From Bacillales bacterium UBA743 (lineage in GTDB: Bacteria > Bacillota_I > Bacilli_A > RFN20 > CAG-826): 64,000 nucleotides of DNA. Position 1 is the first letter of the stretch. Every line of letters begins with the position of its first letter. The notes beneath the pieces are model-generated. The model was given only the letters and a program-made list of their open reading frames with translations. It was not told where the DNA came from and searched no databases. The stretch covers positions 22,941-86,940 of the forward strand of contig DBKT01000012.1 in the NCBI GenBank assembly GCA_002297365.1. The letters run 5' to 3'. Position numbers and translations under genes: made by a program. This document shows, one piece after another, positions 44,232 through 54,293 of the stretch.

Positions 44232-44885
44232 CTATTTCAATCTCCCTAAGAAGTCCTGAATGGATTTCTTGGTTGATTCGAGTCCGGTCGAAGAATCGAA
44301 CTCGTGGAGTAAGCCCTTCTTCTCATAGAAATCAAGAAGAGGAGCGGTGCTCTTATAATAATTAGCGAGGCGAATCTTGAATGATTCCTCGTTATCGTCC
44401 TTCCTTTGCACAAGTTGGCTTCCGCAAAGATCGCAGACGCCTTCTTTTTTTGGCTTAAGGCTGACGATGTTGTAACTAGCGCCGCAATTTGGGCAAACGC
44501 GTCTTGTGACAATACGGCCGATTAAGAGGTCATCTGGACAAGAGACATTCAAGACAAGATTTGGAGCGCGTCCAATCTCTTTTCCCATTTTGTCGAACGC
44601 TTCAGCTTGGGCGATCGTGCGTGGAAAGCCATCAAGAAGATAGCCATTCGCACAATCCGGTTTGGATAAACGCTCTTTCACGAGGGCGCAAGTGAGTTCA
44701 TCGCTCACAAGGTCCCCGCGATTCACGATGTCTTTGATTTTGTTGCCAAGTTCGCTACCAGAACTCATGGCTTCACGAAACATATCCCCAGTGGAAATGT
44801 GAGGGATGCCATAATCCTTCGCAATCCAAGTAGCATGTGTTCCTTTGCCCGCACCGGGCGGGCCCATGAGAATGATATTAAGCAT
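44232..44885 (-). CDS. adk: Adenylate kinase (Zn-lid type)
   Basis: MLNIILMGPPGAGKGT, and lid CPNCGASYN...CDLCGSQLVQRKDD. Confidence 0.96.
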   Translation of the reverse strand: MLNIILMGPPGAGKGTHATWIAKDYGIPHISTGDMFREAMSSGSELGNKIKDIVNRGDLVSDELTCALVKERLSKPDCANGYLLDGFPRTIAQAEAFDKMGKEIGRAPNLVLNVSCPDDLLIGRIVTRRVCPNCGASYNIVSLKPKKEGVCDLCGSQLVQRKDDNEESFKIRLANYYKSTAPLLDFYEKKGLLHEFDSSTGLESTKKSIQDFLGRLK

Positions 44886-44887
44886 AA

Positions 44888-46243
44888 TTACGCCTCCTTA
44901 ACTTGGTCATATGATTTTCCTGCAATTAAACCTTCGATCTGGCTATTCAATTCGATAGCAACGCCAACGATGATGATAAGCCCAGTGCCTCCGATTGCCA
45001 GGGAAGTATCATTTCCGAAGGCGTTCGCCCAAACAAGGACGACAGGGAGAGCAGCGATGATGGAAAGGGACATAGCGCCAATGAAGGTGACGCGATTAAG
45101 AACTTTGCCAACATATCTTTCGGTTTCTTTGCCAGGACGGATGCCCGGGATATAAGAACCTGATTTTTGGAAGTTATCCGCAAGTTTCTCCGGATCGATT
45201 TGCATCTCCGCATAGAAGAATGTGAAGGCGATGATCAAAGCGAGATAGATGAACAGTCCCCAGTTCATATTCCATGTCGTGCCATCGAAATTGGTCATGG
45301 TCATGGTGGAATTGTAATTGAAGACCTTTAGCCATTGGGCATTCGAAGCATCGCTTGAGATAAAGGATGCGATAATGCTAGGAGCAGTAAGGATGGAGGA
45401 AGCGAAGATAACCGGAATGACGCCAGCCGAATTGATTTTAATCGGCAAGAAGGAAGCGCGGGCCATAGAAGGCGAGGAGCCACCTTTTCCAGCATGTTGA
45501 ACCGGAATGCGTCTTTGGGAAAGCTCTGTGAAGACAACGAAAGCGCAAATCGCCAACATTGCCAAGATATAGAGCGCGAATTGGAAGGCACCTTTGATCA
45601 TCTGGGTTGAGCCATAGTCAACGTTGCCGGAAATCCATTTGCTCCACGCTGTAGAAATCTGAGTTGGAAGGCTTCTAACACATCCAGCGAAGATGATGAC
45701 GGAAATACCGTTCCCGAGGCCTTTCTCCGTGATTTGGTCACCAAGCCACATCGTAAGCATTGCGCCAGCCAAGAGGATGGTGACGATATAGGCGTAAGTC
45801 CAGAAATTATCAGCAAGCGTCAAGGAGATATATCCTTGGTTAATCATGGTACGAATCATGCCATAGCCTTGGACAGCCCCAAGAAGAAGCGTCAAATAAC
45901 GGGTCGCCATTTCCATCTTCTTTCTTCCATACTCACCTTGCTTAGAAAGTTCGGTGAGGGCGGGAAGAACGTCTTTCGACAGAAGTTGGATAATGATCTG
46001 AGCCGTAATATAAGGCGAAACGCCAAGGGCGAAAACGGAGAAGTTCGCAAGAGCTCCGCCGCCTAGCAAATCCATGAGAGCGAAACTATTTCCGCTATTC
46101 ATGATGTTGCTAAGTTCGTCCGAGACCTTAACCCCCGGAACAGTAATCACCGCCCCAATCCGGAGGACAAAGAGAATCATAATCGTAAAGAAAATACGAT
46201 TCACTATATCTTTGTTTTTAAAGATTGAGACGAATTTTTTCAT
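44888..46243 (-). CDS. secY: Preprotein translocase subunit SecY
   Basis: 451 aa with 10 TM helices. Motifs: GVSPYITAQIIIQLL and GIRPGKETERYV. Confidence 0.97.
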   Translation of the reverse strand: MKKFVSIFKNKDIVNRIFFTIMILFVLRIGAVITVPGVKVSDELSNIMNSGNSFALMDLLGGGALANFSVFALGVSPYITAQIIIQLLSKDVLPALTELSKQGEYGRKKMEMATRYLTLLLGAVQGYGMIRTMINQGYISLTLADNFWTYAYIVTILLAGAMLTMWLGDQITEKGLGNGISVIIFAGCVRSLPTQISTAWSKWISGNVDYGSTQMIKGAFQFALYILAMLAICAFVVFTELSQRRIPVQHAGKGGSSPSMARASFLPIKINSAGVIPVIFASSILTAPSIIASFISSDASNAQWLKVFNYNSTMTMTNFDGTTWNMNWGLFIYLALIIAFTFFYAEMQIDPEKLADNFQKSGSYIPGIRPGKETERYVGKVLNRVTFIGAMSLSIIAALPVVLVWANAFGNDTSLAIGGTGLIIIVGVAIELNSQIEGLIAGKSYDQVKEA

Positions 46244-46689
46244 TACTTAATTTCCTCAGCCACGCCGCCTGCAGCTTCGATTGCTTTTTTCGCAGCCGAA
46301 GAGAAAGCGTTCGCTTTCACGGTAAGCTTCTTTGATAGTTTACCACTACCAAGGATTTTAATTCCATTGATATCGTCTTTAATAAGGCCTTTTTCTAATA
46401 AGACCTTTGCATCGATGACGCTGTTTTCTTCAAAAGATTCGAGAAGACCGACGTTCACAATGGCTTTTTCGACTCGGGCAAGATTCTTGAATCCGAATTT
46501 TGGAAGACGTCTTGCAAGAGGCATTTGTCCGCCTTCGAATCCACGTTTCTTTGTATGAGCGTGGGCACCTTGACCTTTTTGACCCTTGCCGGCAGTTTTG
46601 CCGTTTCCAGATCCAAGGCCTTGTCCCTTACGGAAGTGTTTCTTTTTAGAACCTTCGGTAACTACGAGAGTATGTAAATTCTCTGCCAT
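46243..46689 (-). CDS. rplO: 50S ribosomal protein L15
   Basis: ...[19 protein letters not shown]...[15 protein letters not shown]. Confidence 0.96.
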   Translation of the reverse strand: MAENLHTLVVTEGSKKKHFRKGQGLGSGNGKTAGKGQKGQGAHAHTKKRGFEGGQMPLARRLPKFGFKNLARVEKAIVNVGLLESFEENSVIDAKVLLEKGLIKDDINGIKILGSGKLSKKLTVKANAFSSAAKKAIEAAGGVAEEIK

Positions 46690-46691
46690 AA

Positions 46692-47402
46692 TTACTTATC
46701 TCCTTTCGCTCCTTTTGGAGCAAGATGGGAAGCTTTGATTTCTTCTGGGGTCTTTAAACCACGGAGAATCATCACTTTGTCGTATTCTTTGAGTTGTTGC
46801 AAAGCAGCATCGGTAGCACGAATGACGTTGATGGAGGTACGAGAACCATAGACTTTAGAGACGATGTTCTTGATGCCTGCGAGTTCGAGAATTGCGCGAA
46901 CTGCGCCACCAGCGACGATACCAGTGCCAGCTGGAGCTGGTTTTAAGACGACTTTCGTAGCCGTATGGGAGCCAGAGACTTCGTGAGCGATGGTACCTTT
47001 TTGGACCTTCACGAAATGAAGGTCTTTCTTAGCGGCAGTAAGAGCCTTTTTCATGGCATCCGGGACTTCACCGGATTTACGCATGGCATAGCCATAATGT
47101 CCTTTGCCATCGCCAACGACGACGAGAGCATCGAAACGCATGGTTTTGCCACCTTGCTCAACACGGGTAACGCGGTTGATGGTGACAACTCTATCCTGGA
47201 AATCATCTTCCACACGACGGAATCCGCCACGTCCACCACGTCTTTCACCTGGTTTGCCACGATGGTTGCCGAATTTACGGCTTCCTGGGCGTTCAGAGCC
47301 ACGGGATCCACGAGGTTCGTATTGTGGGTTGCCGGTTGGGTTCTTTTGGGTCGCTGGCTTTTCTTCAGTAGCAGCATTAACAGTAGTTTTATTTTCTTCC
47401 AT
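46692..47402 (-). CDS. rpsE: 30S ribosomal protein S5 with an N-terminal Arg/Gly-rich extension of about 65 aa
   Basis: Core ...[50 protein letters not shown].... The extension reads [63 protein letters not shown]. Confidence 0.95.
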   Translation of the reverse strand: MEENKTTVNAATEEKPATQKNPTGNPQYEPRGSRGSERPGSRKFGNHRGKPGERRGGRGGFRRVEDDFQDRVVTINRVTRVEQGGKTMRFDALVVVGDGKGHYGYAMRKSGEVPDAMKKALTAAKKDLHFVKVQKGTIAHEVSGSHTATKVVLKPAPAGTGIVAGGAVRAILELAGIKNIVSKVYGSRTSINVIRATDAALQQLKEYDKVMILRGLKTPEEIKASHLAPKGAKGDK

Positions 47403-47412
47403 ATGAAACTCC

Positions 47413-47769
47413 TTAGAAGACTAAGCCTCCTTCTCTAGCGGCTTCCGCAAGAGCTTGGACGCGGCCGTGATATTGGTAACCACCGCGATCGAAAACGACT
47501 TTGGTGATGCCAGCAGCAAGAGCTTTTTTAGCAATGTCGGCGCCAACTTGGGCAGCAGCCTCACAATTAGAACCGTGAGCGAGCTTCAATTGGACGGAGC
47601 CAGAGCTAACAAGGGTTGTTCCTTTCACGTCATCGATGATTTGGGCTTCGATGTTTTTGTTGGAACGGAAAACGACTAAACGTGGGCACTCGGCGGTACC
47701 GGAGATCTTTTCACGAACACGAAGATGACGACGTTCGCGAACAGCGGATCTAGATTCTTTTTTGATCAT
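47413..47769 (-). CDS. rplR: 50S ribosomal protein L18
   Basis: ...[34 protein letters not shown]...[21 protein letters not shown]. Confidence 0.96.
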   Translation of the reverse strand: MIKKESRSAVRERRHLRVREKISGTAECPRLVVFRSNKNIEAQIIDDVKGTTLVSSGSVQLKLAHGSNCEAAAQVGADIAKKALAAGITKVVFDRGGYQYHGRVQALAEAAREGGLVF

Positions 47770-47784
47770 ATTCTAATAACCTCC

Positions 47785-48342
47785 TTATTTCTTAGCGCCG
47801 GCAGCAGCACGCTTACCAACTTTCTTAATAAGATGCTGACCTTTGTAGTGAACACCTTTTTGTCCATAGACGTCTGGTCTATGTTTGTCATAGATGAGAG
47901 CGGCAGTTTGGCCAACTTCTTGCTTATTGCATCCTTCGACAACAACATGTGTTTCATCAGGGCAAGTGATTTTGGTGTATTTGCCAACAGGCTCAACAGT
48001 GACAGTGTGGCTGTAGCCTAAGAACATCGTAACGGCGCCATTTTTAATGGAGGCACGATAACCTGTGCCGTTAATTTCTAATTCTTTCTTCCAGCCTTCA
48101 TGGACACCTTTGACGGCAGAATGCAATAAAGCTGCTGTCGTTCCATGATTCGCGCTACCTTGCTTTGTATGAGCAGCAAGAGGTATAACGTGAAGATGAC
48201 CGTCTTTTTCCTCGACGCTGACGTCAGAAGGAATTCTGACGCTTACTTCGCCTTTAGGACCTTTAACGGTAATAACGTTATCTGCGATTTCGTAGCTAAC
48301 GCCTTCTGGAAGAGCGATGGGTTTAAATCCAATACGTGACAT
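47785..48342 (-). CDS. rplF: 50S ribosomal protein L6
   Basis: MSRIGFKPIALPEGVSYEIADNVITVKGPKGE.... Confidence 0.96.
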   Translation of the reverse strand: MSRIGFKPIALPEGVSYEIADNVITVKGPKGEVSVRIPSDVSVEEKDGHLHVIPLAAHTKQGSANHGTTAALLHSAVKGVHEGWKKELEINGTGYRASIKNGAVTMFLGYSHTVTVEPVGKYTKITCPDETHVVVEGCNKQEVGQTAALIYDKHRPDVYGQKGVHYKGQHLIKKVGKRAAAGAKK

Positions 48343-48374
48343 AAATGTGTTTCTCTTCTTTCTGTAATCCTAGA

Positions 48375-48770
48375 TTACCAAACGTAGCAGAGAATTTCTC
48401 CGCCAACGCCATTCTTTCTAGCGTCCTTGTCGGTTAAAACGCCTTTGGAGGTAGAAACGATGGCGATACCAAGGCCTTTTAAGACGCTTGGGATCTTATC
48501 AGCTTCGACCGTGACACGAAGTCCAGGTTTGCTGATTCTCTTTAATCCGGTGATGACTCTTTCGCCATTGGCACCGTATTTAAGAGTGATGTGAAGGGTT
48601 TTGTTTGCTTTTTCACCTTCAGCGACAAAACCGGCAATGAAGCCTTCATCGAGAAGGATCTTTGCGATTTCGCCTTTCATTTTGCTATAAGGCATGGAAA
48701 CACTTTCGTAGCGAAGAGCATTAGCGTTTCTGATGCGTGTGAGCATGTCTGCAATTGGGTCTGCGTTCAT
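48375..48770 (-). CDS. rpsH: 30S ribosomal protein S8
   Basis: [32 protein letters not shown].... Confidence 0.96.
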   Translation of the reverse strand: MNADPIADMLTRIRNANALRYESVSMPYSKMKGEIAKILLDEGFIAGFVAEGEKANKTLHITLKYGANGERVITGLKRISKPGLRVTVEADKIPSVLKGLGIAIVSTSKGVLTDKDARKNGVGGEILCYVW

Positions 48771-48788
48771 GTTAGTGTTCTCCTTTCC

Positions 48789-48974
48789 TTACCAAGATGC
48801 TTTCTTCATGCCTGGGATTTCGCCTTTGTAGGCCATTTCTCTAAGGCAGATACGGCAGAGTCCGAATTTACGGATGACGCCGTGTGGACGGCCACAACGT
48901 TGGCAACGGGTGTATTCACGGGTTGCGAATTTTTGTGGGCGGTTGCACTTATTGATTAAACTTTTCTTTGCCAT
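48789..48974 (-). CDS. rpsN: 30S ribosomal protein S14, short zinc-binding type (type Z)
   Basis: 61 aa, ...[38 protein letters not shown]. Confidence 0.95.
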   Translation of the reverse strand: MAKKSLINKCNRPQKFATREYTRCQRCGRPHGVIRKFGLCRICLREMAYKGEIPGMKKASW

Positions 48975-48986
48975 GTGCTTACCTCG

Positions 48987-49589
48987 TTATTTTTTGAATG
49001 GCATTCCCATTTCGCGAAGAAGCGCAAACGCTTCTTTGTCGGTATTTGCCGTTGTGACGATAACGACGTCCATACCACGAATCTTGGACACCTTATCGTA
49101 ATCGATTTCAGGGAAGATCAATTGTTCCTTGACACCGAGGGTGTAGTTACCATGGCCATCGAAAGCGTTCTTGGAAACGCCGCGGAAGTCACGGACACGT
49201 GGGAGAGCGATGGAAACCAATTTATCATAGAATTCATACATTCTGGTTCCACGGAGAGTAACTTTGCAGCCGATTGCCTGTCCTTGACGAACCTTAAAGG
49301 TCGCGATGGACTTCTTGGCTTTCGTGACGACTGGATGTTGTCCAGTGATGGTCGCAAGCTCGGAAACAGCATCATCGAGGGCTTTGCTATTTGTGGTAGC
49401 ATCGCCAACACCGATGTTGATGACGATTTTCTCGAACTTAGGAGCTTGCATAGGGGTGGTATAGCCAAACTCTTTGACAAGCGTTGGAACCACTTCGTTA
49501 TTGTATTTCGTGACTAAACGATTGACGTATTTGACTTCGGAAGCTTTTTTAGGGGAAGCTTTCTTAACAGTTTTCTTTTCTTCAGCCAT
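48987..49589 (-). CDS. rplE: 50S ribosomal protein L5 with an N-terminal Lys-rich extension of about 20 aa
   Basis: Core [42 protein letters not shown].... The extension is [21 protein letters not shown]. Confidence 0.96.
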   Translation of the reverse strand: MAEEKKTVKKASPKKASEVKYVNRLVTKYNNEVVPTLVKEFGYTTPMQAPKFEKIVINIGVGDATTNSKALDDAVSELATITGQHPVVTKAKKSIATFKVRQGQAIGCKVTLRGTRMYEFYDKLVSIALPRVRDFRGVSKNAFDGHGNYTLGVKEQLIFPEIDYDKVSKIRGMDVVIVTTANTDKEAFALLREMGMPFKK

Positions 49590-49603
49590 TCTTCATTCCT
49601 CCC

Positions 49604-49915
49604 TTATTTCTTCTCTAAGCTTTCGCCTTTCGCATTGACGCGAATCTTTTTGCCATCCACGACTTTGTGATGGACACGGGTGGCTTTTTTGGTTTTAGGA
49701 TCAATCAAGGCAACCTTGGAAGCATCGATTGGCACATAGATGTCAAGGATGGATCCTTCAGGAGTTGCTTGGGTTGGTTTCTTGTGTTTCTTGTGGATGT
49801 TGACGCCTTCGACAACGACTTTGTTAAGCTTAGGATAAGCCTTTTGGACAACACCGACTTTGCCTTTATCATCCCCTGAGAGAACGATAACTTTATCACC
49901 AGTTTTGATGTTCAT
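49604..49915 (-). CDS. rplX: 50S ribosomal protein L24
   Basis: MNIKTGDKVIVLSGDDKGKVGVVQKAYPKLNKVVVEGVN (KOW motif). Confidence 0.96.
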   Translation of the reverse strand: MNIKTGDKVIVLSGDDKGKVGVVQKAYPKLNKVVVEGVNIHKKHKKPTQATPEGSILDIYVPIDASKVALIDPKTKKATRVHHKVVDGKKIRVNAKGESLEKK

Positions 49916-49927
49916 GTTGTTTTCTCC

Positions 49928-50296
49928 TTATAAGACTTCTGGGGCCAAAGAGATAATCTTCATATAGCCTTTATCACGAAGCTCACGAGCAACAGGTCCG
50001 AAGACACGTGTTCCAAGTGGGTTTCCGTCATTATCAATGAGAACGACAGCATTATCATCGAAGGAGATGGAAGAACCATCTTTACGGATGACAGCGCGTT
50101 TGACTCTCACGATGACACCTTTGACGACTTGACCTTTTTTGATCTTGCCGTTTGGGGTAACGTCTTTCACAGCGCAGAGGACGATATCTCCAAGGGAGCT
50201 CATTTTGCGATGGGATCCGCCAAATTGACGGAAGACACGGACAGCACGGGCGCCGGAGTTATCAGCGACTACAAGATTAGTTTCATTGTGAATCAT
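49928..50296 (-). CDS. rplN: 50S ribosomal protein L14
   Basis: [31 protein letters not shown]...[20 protein letters not shown]. Confidence 0.97.
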   Translation of the reverse strand: MIHNETNLVVADNSGARAVRVFRQFGGSHRKMSSLGDIVLCAVKDVTPNGKIKKGQVVKGVIVRVKRAVIRKDGSSISFDDNAVVLIDNDGNPLGTRVFGPVARELRDKGYMKIISLAPEVL

Positions 50297-50298
50297 GC

Positions 50299-50649
50299 TT
50301 ACTTCTCCTCTTCTGCTTTCACGCCTTCGTTAACGATGGCGTCAGAGCCTTCGCTCTTTTCGAGATCGGCCTCAACAGCATTGGCGTTTTCGCCAACTCT
50401 GGCCTTCTTATCAATGGAAACCAAGATGAATTTCTTGGTCTTGGAGATAGGACGGCAAGACATGATGGTTACAACGTCGCCAACTTTGGCTTCGTTCTTT
50501 TCGTCATGAGCATGGTATTTTTTCGAATAACCGACTCTCTTTTGGTAAAGGGGATCGTTTTGTTTTGTCGAAACCGTGACCGTGATGGTTTTGTCCATTT
50601 TGATTGAGGTAACGACACCTTGGAATTTGTTTCTAATATTTCTTTCCAT
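50299..50649 (-). CDS. rpsQ: 30S ribosomal protein S17 with a C-terminal extension of about 30 aa
   Basis: [39 protein letters not shown]...[15 protein letters not shown], then a tail ...[30 protein letters not shown]. Confidence 0.95.
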   Translation of the reverse strand: MERNIRNKFQGVVTSIKMDKTITVTVSTKQNDPLYQKRVGYSKKYHAHDEKNEAKVGDVVTIMSCRPISKTKKFILVSIDKKARVGENANAVEADLEKSEGSDAIVNEGVKAEEEK

Positions 50650-50667
50650 AATCTCGGTCTCCTTTCG

Positions 50668-50880
50668 TTATTTGCTTTCTGGAACCGCGATTTGGAGTTC
50701 ACGCTCACGTTTCACGGTTTCGGCTTTGGCAATGTCCTTACGGACGAAATGTAGGTCGTCTGGATGCTCTAATTGTCCGACGGCCGCTTGACGACGGAGC
50801 TCAAATTGATGTTGTTTGAGTTCAGCGATCTTTTCATCAAGCTCTTTTGGGGACAGGGCCCTTAATTCTTTAATGGTCAT
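50668..50880 (-). CDS. rpmC: 50S ribosomal protein L29
   Basis: [38 protein letters not shown].... Confidence 0.94.
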   Translation of the reverse strand: MTIKELRALSPKELDEKIAELKQHQFELRRQAAVGQLEHPDDLHFVRKDIAKAETVKRERELQIAVPESK

Positions 50881-51461
50881 TATTTATTTCCCCCTTCCGT
50901 TGCAGCTGGTGCGGCAGTTGTTGTTGCATCAGCAGCAGTTTCATTACCGGTGTCAGAGACAGTTTCGGTTTGAATTTGATCTTCCGCCGCAATCTCTTCC
51001 AAGGTAGATTCATGCACAGCTTCCATCTTAAGGAGTTCCGCTTCAGAAAGAGATTTGGTTCTCTTTACGATTTTGGTCTTAAGAGGGAGTTTGAAGCCGG
51101 CTTGGTGAAGGGCGTTGATCATGATTTGAGGATTGATGCCGCCAATCTCGAAGATGACTTTGCCTTTCTTGACGACGGCTGCCCAGCTTTCTGGGGAACC
51201 TTTGCCGGAGCCCATACGGACTTCCGCTGGTTTCTTGGTTCTTGCTAAATGAGGGAAGACACGGATCCAAACCTTACCGGCTCTATCGGTATATCTTGCG
51301 AGAACGATACGAGCAGATTCGATTTGATGGTTATCGAGGTATCCACCTTCGGTAGCGACAAGTCCATATTCTCCGAATTCGACGGTATTGCCTTTAGAAG
51401 CTTTGCCTTCGTAAGAGAGTCTATGTGGACGACGATATTTAACGCGCTTTGGTTGCAGCAT
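50880..51461 (-). CDS. rplP: 50S ribosomal protein L16 with an acidic/Thr/Ala-rich C-terminal tail of about 55 aa
   Basis: [21 protein letters not shown].... The start was set to the ATG at 51461, 8 nt after AAGGAGG. The tail reads ...[57 protein letters not shown]. Confidence 0.95.
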   Translation of the reverse strand: MLQPKRVKYRRPHRLSYEGKASKGNTVEFGEYGLVATEGGYLDNHQIESARIVLARYTDRAGKVWIRVFPHLARTKKPAEVRMGSGKGSPESWAAVVKKGKVIFEIGGINPQIMINALHQAGFKLPLKTKIVKRTKSLSEAELLKMEAVHESTLEEIAAEDQIQTETVSDTGNETAADATTTAAPAATEGGNK

Positions 51462-52146
51462 TGTCATGTCCTCCTTCTTTCTTTTCTTCGGTTTCTACGG
51501 TTGCGGCCTTATTGGCGGAACGGCAGATCCAAACTTTGACGCCGATATCGCCATAAGCGGTATTAGCGGTAACGGAAGCGAAATCGATGTCAGCACGAAG
51601 GGTTTCGAGTGGCACAACGCCGACTTTGTATCCTTCACGACGGGCGATTTCAGCACCGGCAAGACGGCCTTGGCATTGGGTTCTGCAACCGATTGCGCCA
51701 GCCTTCTTCATTCTTTGAATCGCTTTCTTCTGCGTGGAGCGGAAGGATTGACGATTCTCAATTTCGGATGCAATCCACTTAGCAATTAAGGTGGCGTCTA
51801 AATCAGGATTTTTCACCTCAACGAGATTGATAGTGGCATTTCCAGATTTAACGACTTTCTTTAAGCCATTGCGGATAGCAGTGATCTTGGTGTTATCTTG
51901 CCCAAGAACGACGCCTGGACGAGCGACGAAGGCGTTGATGATAACTTTGGCGCCTTGGTCATTTTTGCTACGAGCGATATCGATATGGCTCACAACCGCT
52001 TCTTTAAGAAGAGGTTCTAAGTAATTACGAATGGCGATGTCTTCGCCTAAGAATGTCGCGTAGTCTTTTTTGGAAGCAAACCAATTGGCTTCCCAGCCAC
52101 GGTTAATTCCGATACGGAGACCGTTAGCGTTAACTTTTTGACCCAT
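51439..52146 (-). CDS. rpsC: 30S ribosomal protein S3
   Basis: MGQKVNANGLRIGINRGWEANWFA..., and the KH domain. Confidence 0.97.
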   Translation of the reverse strand: MGQKVNANGLRIGINRGWEANWFASKKDYATFLGEDIAIRNYLEPLLKEAVVSHIDIARSKNDQGAKVIINAFVARPGVVLGQDNTKITAIRNGLKKVVKSGNATINLVEVKNPDLDATLIAKWIASEIENRQSFRSTQKKAIQRMKKAGAIGCRTQCQGRLAGAEIARREGYKVGVVPLETLRADIDFASVTANTAYGDIGVKVWICRSANKAATVETEEKKEGGHDNAATKAR

Positions 52147-52159
52147 TAGTTTACTCTCC

Positions 52160-52711
52160 TTAGTTTCTTTCTTTCACAATGCAACGGATGTTGGAAGTTC
52201 TCTTAACCAATCCGGAAGAGGATCCTTTGCCACGTGGCATGAATCTCTTCATTTTGATGCCATCGGAAGCTTGGATTTCAGCGATGTAAAGTTTGTCTTT
52301 ATCCATTCCGAAGTTGTTGGTAGCGTTTGCTGCGGCGGATTTCACAATCTTGGCAACAGGAAGGCTAGCAGAACGGTTGACATTCTTGAGAATCGCTAAG
52401 GCTTCGTCGACATCTTTTCCACGAACAAGATCAAGCACTAAGCGAATCTTGCGTGGGGTGACGCGAACATCTCTTGCAATGGCGAGAGCTTCTGTGACAG
52501 CAGGTTTTTCTTCTTTCACAGGTTCGGCCTTGACAGGCTCTGCTTTCACGACCTTTTTAGCCTTCTTCTCAGTCTTTTCGACTTTGGCTTCTTCGGTTTT
52601 CACTTCTTCAGCCTTGACTTCCGCCTTTTTGGCTTTGGTTTCTTTTTTGGCTTTTGGAGCTGCAGCTTTCTTCGCTGGAGCTTTCTTTACGGTTTTCTTT
52701 TCTTCTGCCAT
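52160..52711 (-). CDS. rplV: 50S ribosomal protein L22 with an N-terminal Lys/Ala/Glu-rich extension of about 70 aa
   Basis: Core ALAIARDVRVTPRKIRLVLDLVRGKDVDEALAILKNVNRSASLPVAKIVKSA.... The extension is [38 protein letters not shown]...AEPVKAEPVKEEKP. Confidence 0.95.
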   Translation of the reverse strand: MAEEKKTVKKAPAKKAAAPKAKKETKAKKAEVKAEEVKTEEAKVEKTEKKAKKVVKAEPVKAEPVKEEKPAVTEALAIARDVRVTPRKIRLVLDLVRGKDVDEALAILKNVNRSASLPVAKIVKSAAANATNNFGMDKDKLYIAEIQASDGIKMKRFMPRGKGSSSGLVKRTSNIRCIVKERN

Positions 52712-52721
52712 AATCTACTCC

Positions 52722-53015
52722 TTATTTCTTAGCTGCGGCGGCTTGATCGCCGAGGTTATTACCATGGTGGCCGCTGAAAGTACGTGTTGGGGCGAATTCA
52801 CCGAGTTTGTGTCCAACCATATCTTCGGTGACATAAACGGTGATGTGTTCTTTGCCATTGTAAACAGCGAATGTTTGTTCAACGAACGCTGGATAGATAG
52901 TAGAACGGCGAGACCAAGTTTTGATGACCTCTTTTTTGCCGGATTTCTTGATGGCTTCAACCTTTTTGAGAAGGTATTCGTCAACAAATGGTCCTTTTTT
53001 AGCTGAACGGGACAT
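52722..53015 (-). CDS. rpsS: 30S ribosomal protein S19
   Basis: [20 protein letters not shown]...[16 protein letters not shown]. Confidence 0.97.
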   Translation of the reverse strand: MSRSAKKGPFVDEYLLKKVEAIKKSGKKEVIKTWSRRSTIYPAFVEQTFAVYNGKEHITVYVTEDMVGHKLGEFAPTRTFSGHHGNNLGDQAAAAKK

Positions 53016-53032
53016 AATTTGATCTCCTTTCC

Positions 53033-53866
53033 TTACTTACCATTTCTGCGTCTTACGATGAGACGAGTGGAATTCTTCTTGACGCGACGGGTCTTAACGC
53101 CCATTGCTTTCTTACCCCAAGGGGTACGTGGTGCATCACGGCCAACAGGGCACTTACCTTCACCACCACCATGAGGGTGATCGACTGGGTTCATGACAGA
53201 GCCACGAACGGTTGGACGAATGCCTTTGTAGCGGGTTTTGCCAGCTTTGCCTTTATTAACGAGGTTGTAATCTTCATTACCGACGATGCCAATGGTGGCA
53301 CGGCAGTTGCCTAAGACTTTGCGAACTTCGCCAGAGGCCAAACGGAGGATGATGTATTTGCCATCGCTGCCGAGGACCTGAGCGCTTGTTCCAGCGGCAC
53401 GGCAGAGTTGTCCGCCCTTGCCAGGCATCAATTCGACGTTATGGACGAAGGTACCTTCTGGAATGTTTTTAAGTTCGAGGTTGTTGCCGGTTTTGATATC
53501 GGTGGAAGAACCGGAGACGATAACAGCGCCAACATTAAGATCTTTTGGACGGATGATATAGCGCTTTTCGCCATCAGCATAAGCCAGCAAGGCAATGAAT
53601 GCGGTTCTATTTGGATCGTATTCAATAGCTTTGACGGTTGCTGGGATTCCATCTTTGTTGCGACGGAAATCGATGATTCTATAACGGTTTTTGTTTCCTC
53701 CGCCACGATGACGGCAGGTGATGACTCCTTGATTGTTACGGCCACCTGTGTGTTTCTTAGGGGCAAGTAATGATTTTTCAGGAGTTGTCTTCGTAATGTC
53801 TGCATACGAGAGGGAGAGCATTTCGCGTCTCGATTTCGTATATGGCCTATATGATTTGATTGCCAT
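53033..53866 (-). CDS. rplB: 50S ribosomal protein L2
   Basis: [16 protein letters not shown]...[16 protein letters not shown]...[13 protein letters not shown]. Confidence 0.98.
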   Translation of the reverse strand: MAIKSYRPYTKSRREMLSLSYADITKTTPEKSLLAPKKHTGGRNNQGVITCRHRGGGNKNRYRIIDFRRNKDGIPATVKAIEYDPNRTAFIALLAYADGEKRYIIRPKDLNVGAVIVSGSSTDIKTGNNLELKNIPEGTFVHNVELMPGKGGQLCRAAGTSAQVLGSDGKYIILRLASGEVRKVLGNCRATIGIVGNEDYNLVNKGKAGKTRYKGIRPTVRGSVMNPVDHPHGGGEGKCPVGRDAPRTPWGKKAMGVKTRRVKKNSTRLIVRRRNGK

Positions 53867-53942
53867 TTTTCTTTTCTCCTATAGTGGATGCTTTTTAAAT
53901 CTTCTATATATTTAAGGATATATAAGACTTAATGGTGTTTCC

Positions 53943-54293
53943 TTACTCTTTGAAGAGGTCAATCGCTTCACCTTCATGAATGGTGAGGATGGCCTTCTTG
54001 TAGCCAGAGATGGTTCCTTGATAACGGCCACCTCTCGTAGTGCTTTTTGCAAGGACATTAACGACTTTGACATCATCAATGGTCACTTGGTATAAGCGTT
54101 GGAAGCTGTCTTTGATCTCGACTTTGTTAGCACTAGCGGCAACGCGGACGGTGATCTTGTTCTCTTTTTGAAGGAGAGCCATGCTCTTCTCGGTGATGAC
54201 TGGTTCGAGAATGACCTCATAGTCATGATGCGTTGGGGCTTTGAAGGTTTTCTTCGCTTCCGCCACGACGGTTTCTTTCTTTTCGCTTGCCAT
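53943..54293 (-). CDS. rplW: 50S ribosomal protein L23 with an N-terminal extension of about 20 aa
   Basis: ...HDYEVILEPVITEKSMALLQKENKITVRVAASANKVEIKDSFQRLYQV.... Confidence 0.94.
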   Translation of the reverse strand: MASEKKETVVAEAKKTFKAPTHHDYEVILEPVITEKSMALLQKENKITVRVAASANKVEIKDSFQRLYQVTIDDVKVVNVLAKSTTRGGRYQGTISGYKKAILTIHEGEAIDLFKE

